64,000 nt of DNA from a virus. The translations under genes and the position numbers were made by a program. Positions within the stretch are counted from its first letter, which is position 1. Each line of letters opens with the position of its first letter. Of this stretch, positions 1 to 9,912 are shown piece after piece. The stretch is from positions 1 to 64,000 of the IMG/VR virus record IMGVR_UViG_3300044675_001825; one strand, written 5' to 3'. Under the pieces are notes generated by a model. It was given only the letters and a program-made list of their open reading frames with translations. It did no database searches and had not been told where the DNA came from.

Positions 1-221
1 TTAGCTGTATAATTTTTATCTTTTTCTTTTATTTCAATAAGATTTTTTGATTTATACATTTTACAATCATTTTTAATTTTTTCTTTATTGGTTAAGTAAT
101 ACTCTTTGTTGTATGCATTAACGCATGTTTTACATTTAGTTTGATAGCCATCTTTACTTTTAACAGTTAAAGAAAAATTAGCAAGAGATTGTTTGCTATT
201 ACAATTTATACAAGTTTTCAT
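1..221 (-). CDS. Partial endonuclease-type protein with N-terminal CxxC...CKxC zinc finger (HNH/EndoVII-like homing endonuclease), runs off the left edge
   Basis: Manual translation from ATG at 221: MKTCINCNSKQSLANFSLTVKSKDGYQTKCKTCVNAYNKEYY...; this N-terminus is typical of free-standing phage homing endonucleases. Catalytic part lies outside the window. Confidence 0.6.
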   Translation of the reverse strand, partial: MKTCINCNSKQSLANFSLTVKSKDGYQTKCKTCVNAYNKEYYLTNKEKIKNDCKMYKSKNLIEIKEKDKNYTA

Positions 222-237
222 AATTTAAAAAAATAAA

Positions 238-326
238 CCCCCAAATAAAAAAAGCAGTACCAGTGCTTAGTCTATAAGAGGGCATTAATGTTTTATAGTA
301 ATCTGGTACATTACAAAGTAAATATA
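238..326 (-). promoter_or_regulatory. Structured 5' leader of the endonuclease gene (hairpin plus loop-leader pairing) with TATATTTA -7-like box
   Basis: Stem AAGCA/TGCTT (252-268) extended by CCCTC/GGGGG; loop CTGGTAC is complementary to upstream GTACCAG (303-309); -7-like box at 319-326. Confidence 0.5.
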
Positions 327-395
327 ATGTATTAATTTTAATTATCCTAATTTGTTTTCCATTTTTATTTATTTAATTAATTGTTACTTTTTAAA

Positions 396-426
396 ACTTT
401 GAGGTCACAATATGTAACCTCAAAGT
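396..426 (-). terminator. Hairpin after rIIA-like gene
   Basis: ACTTTGAGGT/ACCTCAAAGT inverted repeat immediately after the stop codon at 430. Confidence 0.5.
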
Positions 427-429
427 AAT

Positions 430-2760
430 TTAATTTACTAAATTCTCTATTATTTCTTCTGTTAACACTTCCTCATTAAGAGTGAGGTGATAATGTTTGA
501 GGTCCACTCTGTATCTGTAGTATTTGAAAAGGTCAGCTAATACATTTACAAGATCATTTTTCTCATCATAATAACCTACACCTTTCATGAATGGATTTAA
601 GAAAGGAAGCTTGTCAAATATCTCTTGTAGCTCCATCACTTCAGGATAGATGGTCATGTCAAACAGCTTATGCTCTTCAGCCACTACCAACATAGATTCT
701 AAGAATTCTTTAGCTGCATCACTACCACCTGAATAACCAGGTAAGTAATAATGATCAGCTGCATACTTAGACAATACATCTAATTTTTTACGTAAAGGGG
801 AACATGTATATCCCACTTGTACATTTCTCTCAAATGTAGATCTGTATTTATCCATCATCTTTCTAATTAGATAAGCTGTAGCCATACGTTTGAATGGTTT
901 GTTTTTCCCTTCCATAAATTGTTCTAATGATATTAAGTTATGTATTTCTGAATCCTTTATGATGTTTAGTTCTCTCTGAGAGAATGTAACCACTTTCATC
1001 TTTTGTTTTTGTATGCAACCAAACAAAGCATCAAGCTTCATATAGTCATCGTGATGTGCATACACCTTCAGATTCTTATCAGATTCTAGTTTCTCCAACT
1101 TGTATATTATAGGGACGAATTTACAACATCTACCATCACTCCACTTCTGAAGATCATCAGCTTCTTTACCATTGATTTCTCCTTTAAGCTTTTGTCTTCT
1201 GACACCAGGAATACCAGTTCCAATAGCAGATGGCTTAATCTTCTTCTTACTATCAATAAAAGCTTGTGGCACCTCAAAAGCATCTAGATCTATGAAGTTA
1301 GCACTGATAAGAGATATCACATGTTGATACTCTTCTATCACTTGTCTCCATTGATTCTTTGGATAAGACTTAAGACCTAATGCATGGTAATAGGTAGTGT
1401 TGTCAAACTTAGCAGGATGACCTAACGTCATAGGTTTAGCTGGTTTAACAAAGAAATTGTTGTCACTTTCTACACATGTAGCTCTTAAATAGTCTTTCTT
1501 GATTCCAGGAATTCTATCTTGATATACATACACTTTAGCACTTCCATTACATACATTCTCAATGTTGTATCCATATACATAATGTTTGTCCATGTCGTGC
1601 ATTCTCTTATATCTCAAAGAGAATTTACACTTGAATGAATTACTTAGAATAAACTGTTTGTGTGCTTTGTACACAGCAGTAAAATTCAAAAGCTTGATTC
1701 CTTCTAACTGAGGAATAGCTGGTTGAATAGTAGAGAACTTAACAAATGGATCAATTCTTTGTTTATCTCCATTCTCCATAGTCAAGAAATATCCACTCTT
1801 CTCAAGATAGTTTATAACAGATTTGATGTCATTACCTTCTTCAATGCTTTCATTGTACTTAGTGATAAAATAATCAGCTACGTTAGCAAGTCTTTCCTTG
1901 ATGATAATCTTGGCCTCCTGTGTGTAACGCAATGATTCTCTATTAGGAGTTGGATATAATCCATCACTCAATGAAAATCTAAGAGCTACAGGAAAGTCAA
2001 TTCTATCAATACCAAGCTTCTCAAAGTCTAAAGGATAATACACATTGTCCAAACAGATGTGTAGTTTACTATCTGTACTCATTTCAGAAAACTGAAAATG
2101 TGGATGTCTGCTAATGATGAATTCATTAGTGATAGATGAATCTTCTGGTACATCAAAGTATACACTCTCGAAATAACAAAGCTGTTCCTTAATCTTTTTA
2201 TGAAACTGCCATTTGTCACTGTACTTCACAGGAATAATAACCTTTACACCATTTCTTTCTGTGGTTTCTTTCTCATATAAAAGATCAATAGTGTTAGTGT
2301 CTTCTCCTTCATACATCATATACTTACGTTCCATACCATCTTTTCTACATACGAAGTAGAAACTAGATGAATAAGCTAACGGGCTCTTAAAACCAAGCCC
2401 CATAGCTCCGATCTCTATATTTGATTCTCTTTTAGTAGATTTACCATATTTACTAAGAATATTTGTAACATCTTCATGTGATAACCCAACCCCAAAATCT
2501 TCTACACAAAACTCGTAGTTGTTAGCTGCAGATGCTTTTAAGGATACAACAATTGGTTCATCAATACCAGCTCTTCTATGACTGTCTAGTGCATTAGATG
2601 CACATTCTCTAATAGCAGAACCTATATCATCTGAATACAGGTTCTTACTTAACATTTGCATAAGGATCTGTGCACTATCTAAGTCTAGTGACATTCCAAT
2701 TGATTCTTGTGATTGTCCATCAACTAGGACATTCGCTTCTTTCTGTTTTTCTAAAATCAT
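430..2760 (-). CDS. rIIA: rIIA-like protein (N-terminal GHKL/HSP90-like ATPase)
   Basis: GHKL motifs IRECASNALDSH, VEDFGVG, YGKSTK, GAMGLGFKS, NGVKV, plus PNRESLRYT; 776 aa, a typical rIIA size. Confidence 0.8.
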   Translation of the reverse strand: MILEKQKEANVLVDGQSQESIGMSLDLDSAQILMQMLSKNLYSDDIGSAIRECASNALDSHRRAGIDEPIVVSLKASAANNYEFCVEDFGVGLSHEDVTNILSKYGKSTKRESNIEIGAMGLGFKSPLAYSSSFYFVCRKDGMERKYMMYEGEDTNTIDLLYEKETTERNGVKVIIPVKYSDKWQFHKKIKEQLCYFESVYFDVPEDSSITNEFIISRHPHFQFSEMSTDSKLHICLDNVYYPLDFEKLGIDRIDFPVALRFSLSDGLYPTPNRESLRYTQEAKIIIKERLANVADYFITKYNESIEEGNDIKSVINYLEKSGYFLTMENGDKQRIDPFVKFSTIQPAIPQLEGIKLLNFTAVYKAHKQFILSNSFKCKFSLRYKRMHDMDKHYVYGYNIENVCNGSAKVYVYQDRIPGIKKDYLRATCVESDNNFFVKPAKPMTLGHPAKFDNTTYYHALGLKSYPKNQWRQVIEEYQHVISLISANFIDLDAFEVPQAFIDSKKKIKPSAIGTGIPGVRRQKLKGEINGKEADDLQKWSDGRCCKFVPIIYKLEKLESDKNLKVYAHHDDYMKLDALFGCIQKQKMKVVTFSQRELNIIKDSEIHNLISLEQFMEGKNKPFKRMATAYLIRKMMDKYRSTFERNVQVGYTCSPLRKKLDVLSKYAADHYYLPGYSGGSDAAKEFLESMLVVAEEHKLFDMTIYPEVMELQEIFDKLPFLNPFMKGVGYYDEKNDLVNVLADLFKYYRYRVDLKHYHLTLNEEVLTEEIIENLVN

Positions 2761-2770
2761 CTTTCTGTTT

Positions 2771-3103
2771 TTAAATTGTTTCTCTTTTAACTAACCAAAT
2801 TTGTCTACTATTTAGATCTACTGACACTCTAAGATTGTGATCTTCAGGTGTAGGTATCCATGTTTTTTGCATTCTATTGTGAACTTTACCTGCACTATCA
2901 GTATATGAATATGATAACACTTCTTCCTGTCTTGTAGTGCATCTAAAGTTTGCATGCATTGGTTTTTTAGTTCTCCAACTTGTTTTGGTTTTACTCATTG
3001 TTGGTGGTGTTAGCACTCTTAAATACTTGAAGTATGACTGACAAGATATCATTATCTCATCACCTACTTGTAAATCTTGAACTTCAATTAATCTATTTTC
3101 CAT
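2771..3103 (-). CDS. Hypothetical protein
   Basis: 110-aa ORF tightly packed in the minus-strand operon. Confidence 0.7.
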   Translation of the reverse strand: MENRLIEVQDLQVGDEIMISCQSYFKYLRVLTPPTMSKTKTSWRTKKPMHANFRCTTRQEEVLSYSYTDSAGKVHNRMQKTWIPTPEDHNLRVSVDLNSRQIWLVKRETI

Positions 3104-3117
3104 TTTTTTTCTAATTT

Positions 3118-3837
3118 TTAAAAAGGTGGATCAATGTCTACCCATAAGACAGTGTCACCATTCATTTCATCTAATAATCTATTTACTTTCTTAAACACAC
3201 CTTCTGTGTCCCAATCAATTCCTTTGTAACTTGCTGATGCTGGATGAGACACTTCAAACACATGTGTGAATATACCTGTGTATTTTTTGTATCTAGCAGC
3301 ATCTTTCCCAAGAAAGACAATTGGTACACCTAAGTGGTTTATAATTTCCTCAAAGAGGTATTTGATAAATGGTTCCCATATTTCCATATGACTACCAGCT
3401 TTATCTTTCTCTGTTGTTAAAGCAGCATTAAGCATAAGCACTCCCTGGTGAGCTAAAAAGCTTACATCTGGGTTCTCTATAATATCTAAGTTTAGTCCAT
3501 CATAGAATTCCTTTTCCATAGCTCTATAGAATTGGTCTAAAGAAGGCTGAACTTGTCCTGTTACAGAACATCCCATAAGTAATCCATCTGCTACTGGTGC
3601 ATCATTCTTAAATGTGTGGTAAGGGCACATGCCTACCAACACCACTTTAAGATCATCTAATGGTGTCTCTAAGAAACATCTCCATACGTGCATAGAGATG
3701 GGAGCAACTTTCTTGCCTCTCTTACTCTCTGCTTTTAGAAATGCATAAATCTTATCACACTCTTCACTCTCTATGAATGGCTGCATCCTTGCATGCCAAC
3801 TAGGGTGAAATTTGTCTTTAAACGATTCCCATTTCAT
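3118..3837 (-). CDS. ung: Uracil-DNA glycosylase (family 1-like)
   Basis: Motifs LKVVLVGMCPYH (GQDPYH variant), ADGL, QGVLMLNAALT, GSH..W, VFLGKDA, SHPAS. Confidence 0.88.
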   Translation of the reverse strand: MKWESFKDKFHPSWHARMQPFIESEECDKIYAFLKAESKRGKKVAPISMHVWRCFLETPLDDLKVVLVGMCPYHTFKNDAPVADGLLMGCSVTGQVQPSLDQFYRAMEKEFYDGLNLDIIENPDVSFLAHQGVLMLNAALTTEKDKAGSHMEIWEPFIKYLFEEIINHLGVPIVFLGKDAARYKKYTGIFTHVFEVSHPASASYKGIDWDTEGVFKKVNRLLDEMNGDTVLWVDIDPPF

Positions 3838-4010
3838 AATGATAATGATATTTTTCTATGAAAGAATCTTGTTAATATGGATTCTAAATTTTCAATGCTT
3901 ATGCATTCCACTGTTCCCAATGTTTCACCATTTTCTGTAAGGGATAACCATTCAATGTTTTCTTTAATCTCTTCTTCGAGTATTTCTAACTCGTCATCTG
4001 TTGCTCTCAT
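3834..4010 (-). CDS. Small acidic hypothetical protein (58 aa, absent from ORF track)
   Basis: MRATDDELEILEEEIKENIEWL...ISLSL*; 4-nt ATGA overlaps with both neighbours. Confidence 0.6.
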   Translation of the reverse strand: MRATDDELEILEEEIKENIEWLSLTENGETLGTVECISIENLESILTRFFHRKISLSL

Positions 4011-4198
4011 AAGTCTTTTTCGTCTTTATAAATTTCTAATAATTGTTTTACATCATCAAAATCATAACCTCTGCCTTTCATTTTGCACACTCTAATCCAA
4101 TCTGCAAATCCAATAGCAAATTCTTCTGCTATTTGTTCACATTCGGTAGTATCAAACCAGGTTGATGTTGCTTTTTTAAACTTTTCTTTTAGTGTCAT
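4007..4198 (-). CDS. Hypothetical protein
   Basis: 63 aa MTLKEKFK...CEQIAEEFAIGFADW; coupled to neighbours. Confidence 0.65.
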   Translation of the reverse strand: MTLKEKFKKATSTWFDTTECEQIAEEFAIGFADWIRVCKMKGRGYDFDDVKQLLEIYKDEKDL

Positions 4199-4199
4199 A

Positions 4200-4595
4200 T
4201 TAATAATTTAAAATTCCTGAATCTCTAATCTTCTCATACAGTTCTGTCTTCTGTGCAGGAAACAATGCTGTCTCATCTATAAAAGCTTTTAAAAACTTCT
4301 TTCTATTAGATATATCTAAAATGTTTTCCATACCTAAAGCTTTCTCCACTCTGTTTGATAGTTCTGTTATCACTGTAGCTCCCTTCTTAAAATGTTCTAA
4401 TTCATCTTCATGTTTAGGTTTAATCATTTTACCTACGTATTGTTCTACATGTGGAATGCATGTTCTTATAGATTGTTTTGCTTTTTGAACAAACAGTCCA
4501 TTTTCATCCATTGTCTCAAATCTTTCTAATAGCATTGTTGCTAATACAAGACTCTCTATTACAACATCACTAAGTTCTTCTGATGTTAGTTTCAT
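4200..4595 (-). CDS. Hypothetical protein
   Basis: 131-aa ORF in operon. Confidence 0.7.
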   Translation of the reverse strand: MKLTSEELSDVVIESLVLATMLLERFETMDENGLFVQKAKQSIRTCIPHVEQYVGKMIKPKHEDELEHFKKGATVITELSNRVEKALGMENILDISNRKKFLKAFIDETALFPAQKTELYEKIRDSGILNY

Positions 4596-4768
4596 ATTAT
4601 TTCTTTTAATGTTAACTCGTATTTCTTCCCATCTGAAGTTTCTATAACACCCTCGTGGTTTATATACTTTACTGTTTTATACACTTCAGTAAAATGAATA
4701 TTGAGTGATTTAGATATAGCTAATCTAAACCAATGACCAGCTGTGCTATTTAGTTTCCAACTATTCAT
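4592..4768 (-). CDS. Small hypothetical protein (58 aa, absent from ORF track)
   Basis: MNSWKLNSTAGHWFRLAISK...ELTLKEII*; ATGA overlaps at both ends. Confidence 0.55.
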   Translation of the reverse strand: MNSWKLNSTAGHWFRLAISKSLNIHFTEVYKTVKYINHEGVIETSDGKKYELTLKEII

Positions 4769-5766
4769 ATTAGTTCTTTTTGTGTTAAATATTGTTCAAT
4801 AACTTTTAGTCCATGTGTCTTAGCTAAATCAGCCCAGTCTTTAATTCCTTCATCTAGATAAAGTCTTGGTACATTACAATACTCAAACCCAAACTTGTCA
4901 GTTATAAGTTGAGAATTCTTTACACCAGTCTCATCACTATCGAATGATAGAATTTGTCTTTCTGAGTTTTCTTTTAAGTATTCAACGTTCTCTTCAGAGA
5001 AACATCCCATACCTTCATTTTGAACTGCACAACAACATGGAAACACTTTTTTCATCACCATGTAATCCTTCTTACTCTTATTGATGAACGCAACATCACA
5101 ATCTCTTATGTCATCTAGTCCATCCATCATAGTAATAGGTACATTATTTGGCATCCACTTATTCTTCTTGTCAGCAAATGGTCTGTAGATCTTCCAATGT
5201 CCTTCATATAGATAACCAAACCTCAACTCTGTATCCTTTAAAGGAAACTTCTTCTTGTTAAGAAATAGTGTGTCTATTGAATATACATTATTAGCTCTCA
5301 GATCATCTATGTCCTGATAATACCCATTCCAATAGGCCAGTTCTTCGTGTGTAAACTTTCTAGGTTTAACCTGAATGAAATACTCACGTTTAGATGTAGC
5401 TGTTGGTTGTGTATAATTAGAAACAATCCTCTCGTAGTTTCTTGTAGAGGACCCTGTGACAATCCCTAGATCAAAATCTCTATCAATCATCAACATTGCT
5501 TCACGCAATGATATATTGAATAGCATCATAACGAAATCAAAGCATCCACCTTTCTTGCTGGAGTCTCCAAAATCACAAAATCTCAATGCTCCTCCTCTAT
5601 ATCCTATAATGAATGATGGATTCTTTTCGTTTCTAAAGGGAGAATAAGTAACAACATTAATTTTCCAATTCTGATGTGGCATATAGAACTTGTAAATATC
5701 ATAGTCAGATATCTTCTCTAGTATGCTATCAGGTGTCAAGTTTACTTTTTTTCTACCTTGTATCAT
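4765..5766 (-). CDS. DNA primase (crAss-type DnaG/TOPRIM)
   Basis: SPFRNEKNPSF and DFG..GGCFDFV zinc-binding-like N-terminus; KSKKD; TOPRIM SFDSDETG; KDWAD. Confidence 0.85.
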   Translation of the reverse strand: MIQGRKKVNLTPDSILEKISDYDIYKFYMPHQNWKINVVTYSPFRNEKNPSFIIGYRGGALRFCDFGDSSKKGGCFDFVMMLFNISLREAMLMIDRDFDLGIVTGSSTRNYERIVSNYTQPTATSKREYFIQVKPRKFTHEELAYWNGYYQDIDDLRANNVYSIDTLFLNKKKFPLKDTELRFGYLYEGHWKIYRPFADKKNKWMPNNVPITMMDGLDDIRDCDVAFINKSKKDYMVMKKVFPCCCAVQNEGMGCFSEENVEYLKENSERQILSFDSDETGVKNSQLITDKFGFEYCNVPRLYLDEGIKDWADLAKTHGLKVIEQYLTQKELI

Positions 5767-5774
5767 ATAGCTTT

Positions 5775-5807
5775 AAATAAAAAACCCTCACCATTTCTGA
5801 TGAGGGC
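5775..5807 (-). terminator. Rho-independent terminator
   Basis: CCCTCA/TGAGGG stem followed by a U-tract on the minus strand. Confidence 0.6.
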
Positions 5808-5829
5808 TCTTATCAACAATTAATTTGAA

Positions 5830-6702
5830 TTAATAATCATCACCATCATCTGAAATATACGCATCTGAGGCAACTAAGTTATCATCAGGATTATAATCCT
5901 GAATTTCTTTAAAAGTGTAATAGTCTTTACAACCATATTCACCTATTATATTCATAACAAACTTCTCATGACCTTTTAGATCACGAGGTTTCTTATTCTT
6001 AAGAGTCTCTTGTGTCTTTTTGTTTCCATAATCAACAAGTCTGAATTGCTTCAATGCATACCCACCAATAAACGCTTTATTGTAGATACCTTGATACTCT
6101 TTAGACTCTCCATCTCTCTCTTTAACTATTACAGTGGCAAGAGCTACAACAGATTTAGCCCACTCACCATCAATTTGATCTCTAAGGTCTTTTACATTAC
6201 CTCTCATCAACTTCTTCCATTCTAATTGTAGAACAGTGTCCACATCACGATAATCAAGATCAGCTAACCATGTACGCATAAAGTTGTAAAGATCTTCTTC
6301 ACCTGTATATGCTATTCTGAAATCTCTTCCTTTGGTAAACCATTCAGCAAGATCATTCTCATCAGCTGCCCAAGAACATTGACCAACAGAATTGATATAT
6401 TGATGCTTGGTACCATCTTTGTTCTCACGTTCTTTGTCTTCTAAGAAGAAGCTCACTTTGAATTTTTCATCATGGTTAACTCTTTGTAACCACACATCAA
6501 CACGTAGATAGTTATTTCCATCCTTAGTCTCACCCAAATACTCAGCAGCTTTGCTGTCTTCTTTAAGATCCATTCCAAGAACATCTTTAAACTCTTCCAA
6601 TGTTGGATTGATTGCAATCACATTTGCCTCAAATAGGCCTACTTTCTTAGAAAAATCTCCACTTCCTGTGTTTTCTCTTTTCTTTCCTCCGATACTACTC
6701 AT
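5830..6702 (-). CDS. Putative single-stranded DNA-binding protein
   Basis: VIAINPTLEE N-terminal motif, acidic C-tail (ASDAYISDDGDDY), located between AAA ATPase and primase. Confidence 0.5.
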   Translation of the reverse strand: MSSIGGKKRENTGSGDFSKKVGLFEANVIAINPTLEEFKDVLGMDLKEDSKAAEYLGETKDGNNYLRVDVWLQRVNHDEKFKVSFFLEDKERENKDGTKHQYINSVGQCSWAADENDLAEWFTKGRDFRIAYTGEEDLYNFMRTWLADLDYRDVDTVLQLEWKKLMRGNVKDLRDQIDGEWAKSVVALATVIVKERDGESKEYQGIYNKAFIGGYALKQFRLVDYGNKKTQETLKNKKPRDLKGHEKFVMNIIGEYGCKDYYTFKEIQDYNPDDNLVASDAYISDDGDDY

Positions 6703-6718
6703 TTTAATTTAATTTAAT

Positions 6719-7390
6719 TTAGTTATAATAATCATTTACTGTGTCTACCACCAACTGTAAGTTGTTTGGTATTTTTGTTTCTGCAAACATCCCATCAGGA
6801 CTTTTAGCTGGCATCTTTCTATAACGATTTGTTACGAAGTTGTATGTAGCTGTACCATCTTTATTCTCTTCTACGAGTGTGTAAAGACATACAGTTAATA
6901 ATCCTTCTAATAACACTTGGTTATCGATAAGCTTACCTGCAGTTTTGATCTTATATCCTATAATCTCTCCACCATCTTCAATAGTTTCTGGGTGAGTTAG
7001 ATAGAATACAGTGATGTCATCTCTCAATTGTCTAGCTGTTCTAAATAGATCAACCATGTCTTTAGCCATAAGACTAAACTTGGTAAATCCTACTTCTGTA
7101 GCTTTAGCCACCATATTGAATCCCATAATGTAATTAGAGTCTTCGATGATGATGTTCTTAATGTGAGGAGCTTTCTCTGAGATAGTTCTCAACAAACGAG
7201 AGATCTCGTTAGCATCTTCTATCTCTTTGTAATTTTTGTTCTCTACGTTGTAAAGCTTTTCAGATCCCTTGAATGGGAGCTCTTTCTTTGCAACGTTAAT
7301 AATGTACGTTTCTTCTGGATTCAGATGCTTGATTGCTGTACTCTTTCCAGTACCAGTTGCACCAACAATCCCTACTAATTTACTTGCCAT
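6719..7390 (-). CDS. AAA_24/Sak4-like P-loop ATPase
   Basis: Walker A GATGTGKST, Walker B IIIED, KTAGKLID, AKSPDGMF. Confidence 0.8.
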   Translation of the reverse strand: MASKLVGIVGATGTGKSTAIKHLNPEETYIINVAKKELPFKGSEKLYNVENKNYKEIEDANEISRLLRTISEKAPHIKNIIIEDSNYIMGFNMVAKATEVGFTKFSLMAKDMVDLFRTARQLRDDITVFYLTHPETIEDGGEIIGYKIKTAGKLIDNQVLLEGLLTVCLYTLVEENKDGTATYNFVTNRYRKMPAKSPDGMFAETKIPNNLQLVVDTVNDYYN

Positions 7391-7432
7391 TGTTTACTTG
7401 CTTTAATTATTAATATTAGTTTTTTCATTGTA

Positions 7433-7463
7433 TAAATATACGAATAATTTTTTTAATTATCAA
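7433..7463 (-). promoter_or_regulatory. Bacteroidota sigma70-type promoter candidate
   Basis: TTG (7461-7463), 20-nt spacer, then TATATTTA (7433-7440), upstream of the ATPase gene. Confidence 0.45.
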
Positions 7464-8536
7464 ACGTATTTTATCTTATTTTCATCAAAGAATTCAAGTG
7501 CTTTCTTCAACCATTTCTGCTCTACAAGCTCGTCAGAACTGATGATATAGATATGAGCTTTCTTATCAGGAGTGTTATACTCCATAGCCATACATCTATT
7601 AATCTTCTGTGCTAAGTTCTCTGCATTACTATCAAAATAGTTGATAATCACCTTGTCCAATGGCTTATATGTCACTCCTGTGTTACCAATCTTTACAACA
7701 GCAAGATGATTACCCTTTCCTTCAGCAAAATCTTCAAAAACTTGTTTCTCTTTAGACTTATTATGATAGGAAGGAATACCAAGATTGTCTGCCACTGCAG
7801 TGGTACCACAGAACACTAACACTCTCTCATCATTATGTGCAGCCAAAAGTCTCTTTGTAGCATTACTTTTGGCTAGGGATGATTGAATGATACGCATTCT
7901 GGCCAGACGTAAGAACATAGCATTGCTACCTTCTCTGTCCATCTTATTGATCACCCAGGTAAGATCATCAAACTGTTTCTTTTCAGTTTTGTTCTTTGTC
8001 TTATACTCCTGTAATGTTCTTGTGTCTAAAGGCACTCTAATCACACGAATTTCATAATCAACTATAACTCCCTCTTCAATTGCTTTTTCAATTGGATAGG
8101 TAGCTATTACATGAAGATCTAATTCTTCTTCAAGAGTTCTTTCTGTCCAACTGGATAATGTACCAGTTAGACCAAGGATCTGTCCATTAACATCGAACAG
8201 GTCCTTACACACTTCTATTTGAGCCTCGCTCAATAGATGTATCTCATCTATAATAACAACATCAAAGCTTTGCTCAGCATACTTCTTTAATGATAGATGC
8301 GTAGTGTATGTGACAATGCTGTCATCAAACCCTAGCTCTTCAAAATCAGCTTGCCAAGATTCTTTAATCTTGTTGTCTGGATAAGCAATGAGAATACTCT
8401 CAGGCTTAACCTTTTCTAATGCATGTATACTAGTTCTAATCTTTCCAAACCTTGGAGCAAGTAATAGTATGCCATACATTCCATGCTTTAGCCATACATC
8501 TGCGAATTCTTTTTGTCTTTTGTCTCTTAGTGTCAT
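7460..8536 (-). CDS. Superfamily 2 helicase (DExH, ResIII/UvsW-like)
   Basis: Q motif RQKE, APRFGKIR (Walker A variant), IIDEIH, GLTGT, QKINR. Confidence 0.8.
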   Translation of the reverse strand: MTLRDKRQKEFADVWLKHGMYGILLLAPRFGKIRTSIHALEKVKPESILIAYPDNKIKESWQADFEELGFDDSIVTYTTHLSLKKYAEQSFDVVIIDEIHLLSEAQIEVCKDLFDVNGQILGLTGTLSSWTERTLEEELDLHVIATYPIEKAIEEGVIVDYEIRVIRVPLDTRTLQEYKTKNKTEKKQFDDLTWVINKMDREGSNAMFLRLARMRIIQSSLAKSNATKRLLAAHNDERVLVFCGTTAVADNLGIPSYHNKSKEKQVFEDFAEGKGNHLAVVKIGNTGVTYKPLDKVIINYFDSNAENLAQKINRCMAMEYNTPDKKAHIYIISSDELVEQKWLKKALEFFDENKIKYV

Positions 8537-8625
8537 TCTGATCCTTTATTAATTAGATAATACCACAACCAAATCATCTTAGGTCTTATGAATTCATAAG
8601 CTGCCCATAATAATATATATTTCAT
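8533..8625 (-). CDS. Small aromatic/hydrophobic peptide (30 aa)
   Basis: MKYILLWAAYEFIRPKMIWLWYYLINKGSE*; fills the gap and overlaps the helicase start (ATGA). Confidence 0.5.
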   Translation of the reverse strand: MKYILLWAAYEFIRPKMIWLWYYLINKGSE

Positions 8626-8626
8626 T

Positions 8627-9691
8627 TTATCTTAAAAAATAAGATTTATTAATAATAGCTTCATAGTCATCATCTGTGATGTCTTTCTTTCTTGGGAGTT
8701 CTTTGAACATACCAACTTGGCCTAGGAAACCCATACCAATTCTAATGTCATCTTCTCCATAAGAATTCTTTATCACTCTAATGCTTCTAAAATATTTAGC
8801 TCCATAGGAGTCTACTAGTTTGTCTAAGTTATATCCAGATGGATCTGCCACCTTGTATCTAATAGGATCAAACAGGCCCATAACAACATCAGCGTCATTC
8901 TGTGTTGATGAACTATCTGCAAAATCTTCTAGTTGAGGTTCTACATCTCCATTCTTTATCCTGGTAGGATTGGATATACTTCTATTGAACTGACTGACAA
9001 CAACAGGACTATGGCCATAAAAGTCTCTAGCAAATCTGAGCTCATCACTCATCTTGTCTATAGCATCTTTTTTGGTTGGTTGGTCCTTAGTTGTTTTTAA
9101 CAATCCAATATGGTCAATTACATCAAGAGTGATTTCATTTGGATCATCTGGAATGTATATTTTATTATACTCATCCATTCGTTCTATCTTTCCTCTCTCA
9201 AGAGCATAAGCTTTTAGTTCTTTGGCTATACCTACAGGGTTCTCTGGTCCATCGATTAACGTAACCACTTCACACAACTCATTCATATAGTCTTTGTAAT
9301 GTAGATACAGGTCATGCTCATCTTTGGTCATCACTTCCTTCCAACCAAGTAGTTTAGCTACAGGAATAAGAATTCCTTGGTCTATAAAGATCTTACGTGA
9401 CATCCATTTAGCCATTTTATAGGCTCTACTTCTCTCCATAGATCTATACCAAACCTTCACCTTGATTCCTGAGGCCTGTCCTTCTTTAGAAAGGGCCCAA
9501 TCAACAGGATTAAGAACAAATGCATCATCAATAAAGCTAGTCTTACCTGAACCAGTATTACCACCTATCAAATAATACATACCCTTACGAATACCTACGT
9601 AGTTTGTAAGTCTATCAAAACCCATAGGGATTCCTTTATTCTTACCAGCTAAGCCTTTGTTCACTTCTGCATCTAATATGTCAAAACTCAT
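8627..9691 (-). CDS. Replicative DNA helicase (DnaB-like, SF4)
   Basis: GGNTGSGKTS, SMER, VIDHIGL, VSQFNR, QNDADVV, KNSYG. Confidence 0.88.
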   Translation of the reverse strand: MSFDILDAEVNKGLAGKNKGIPMGFDRLTNYVGIRKGMYYLIGGNTGSGKTSFIDDAFVLNPVDWALSKEGQASGIKVKVWYRSMERSRAYKMAKWMSRKIFIDQGILIPVAKLLGWKEVMTKDEHDLYLHYKDYMNELCEVVTLIDGPENPVGIAKELKAYALERGKIERMDEYNKIYIPDDPNEITLDVIDHIGLLKTTKDQPTKKDAIDKMSDELRFARDFYGHSPVVVSQFNRSISNPTRIKNGDVEPQLEDFADSSSTQNDADVVMGLFDPIRYKVADPSGYNLDKLVDSYGAKYFRSIRVIKNSYGEDDIRIGMGFLGQVGMFKELPRKKDITDDDYEAIINKSYFLR

Positions 9692-9912
9692 AATAGCTCT
9701 ATTTCTTTTTTAACTTCTTGCCACCATCTTTGTCTGATGTTAGGAACTTCAAATTGTGTTTCATAAATTAATTCATCAACTGCTATTAATGCACATTGTT
9801 TGGCATTCTTTTTTTCAATATTAGGACTAAATCTATCTGTTTCAGAATCTATTCCATCAGCAAAGTCTCTAAATTTATTTACTAATTCAATTGCTTTTTC
9901 TTTTGGTGTCAT
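9688..9912 (-). CDS. Hypothetical protein
   Basis: 74 aa MTPKEKAIELV...AKQCALIAVDE...WQEVKKEI. Confidence 0.7.
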   Translation of the reverse strand: MTPKEKAIELVNKFRDFADGIDSETDRFSPNIEKKNAKQCALIAVDELIYETQFEVPNIRQRWWQEVKKEIELL

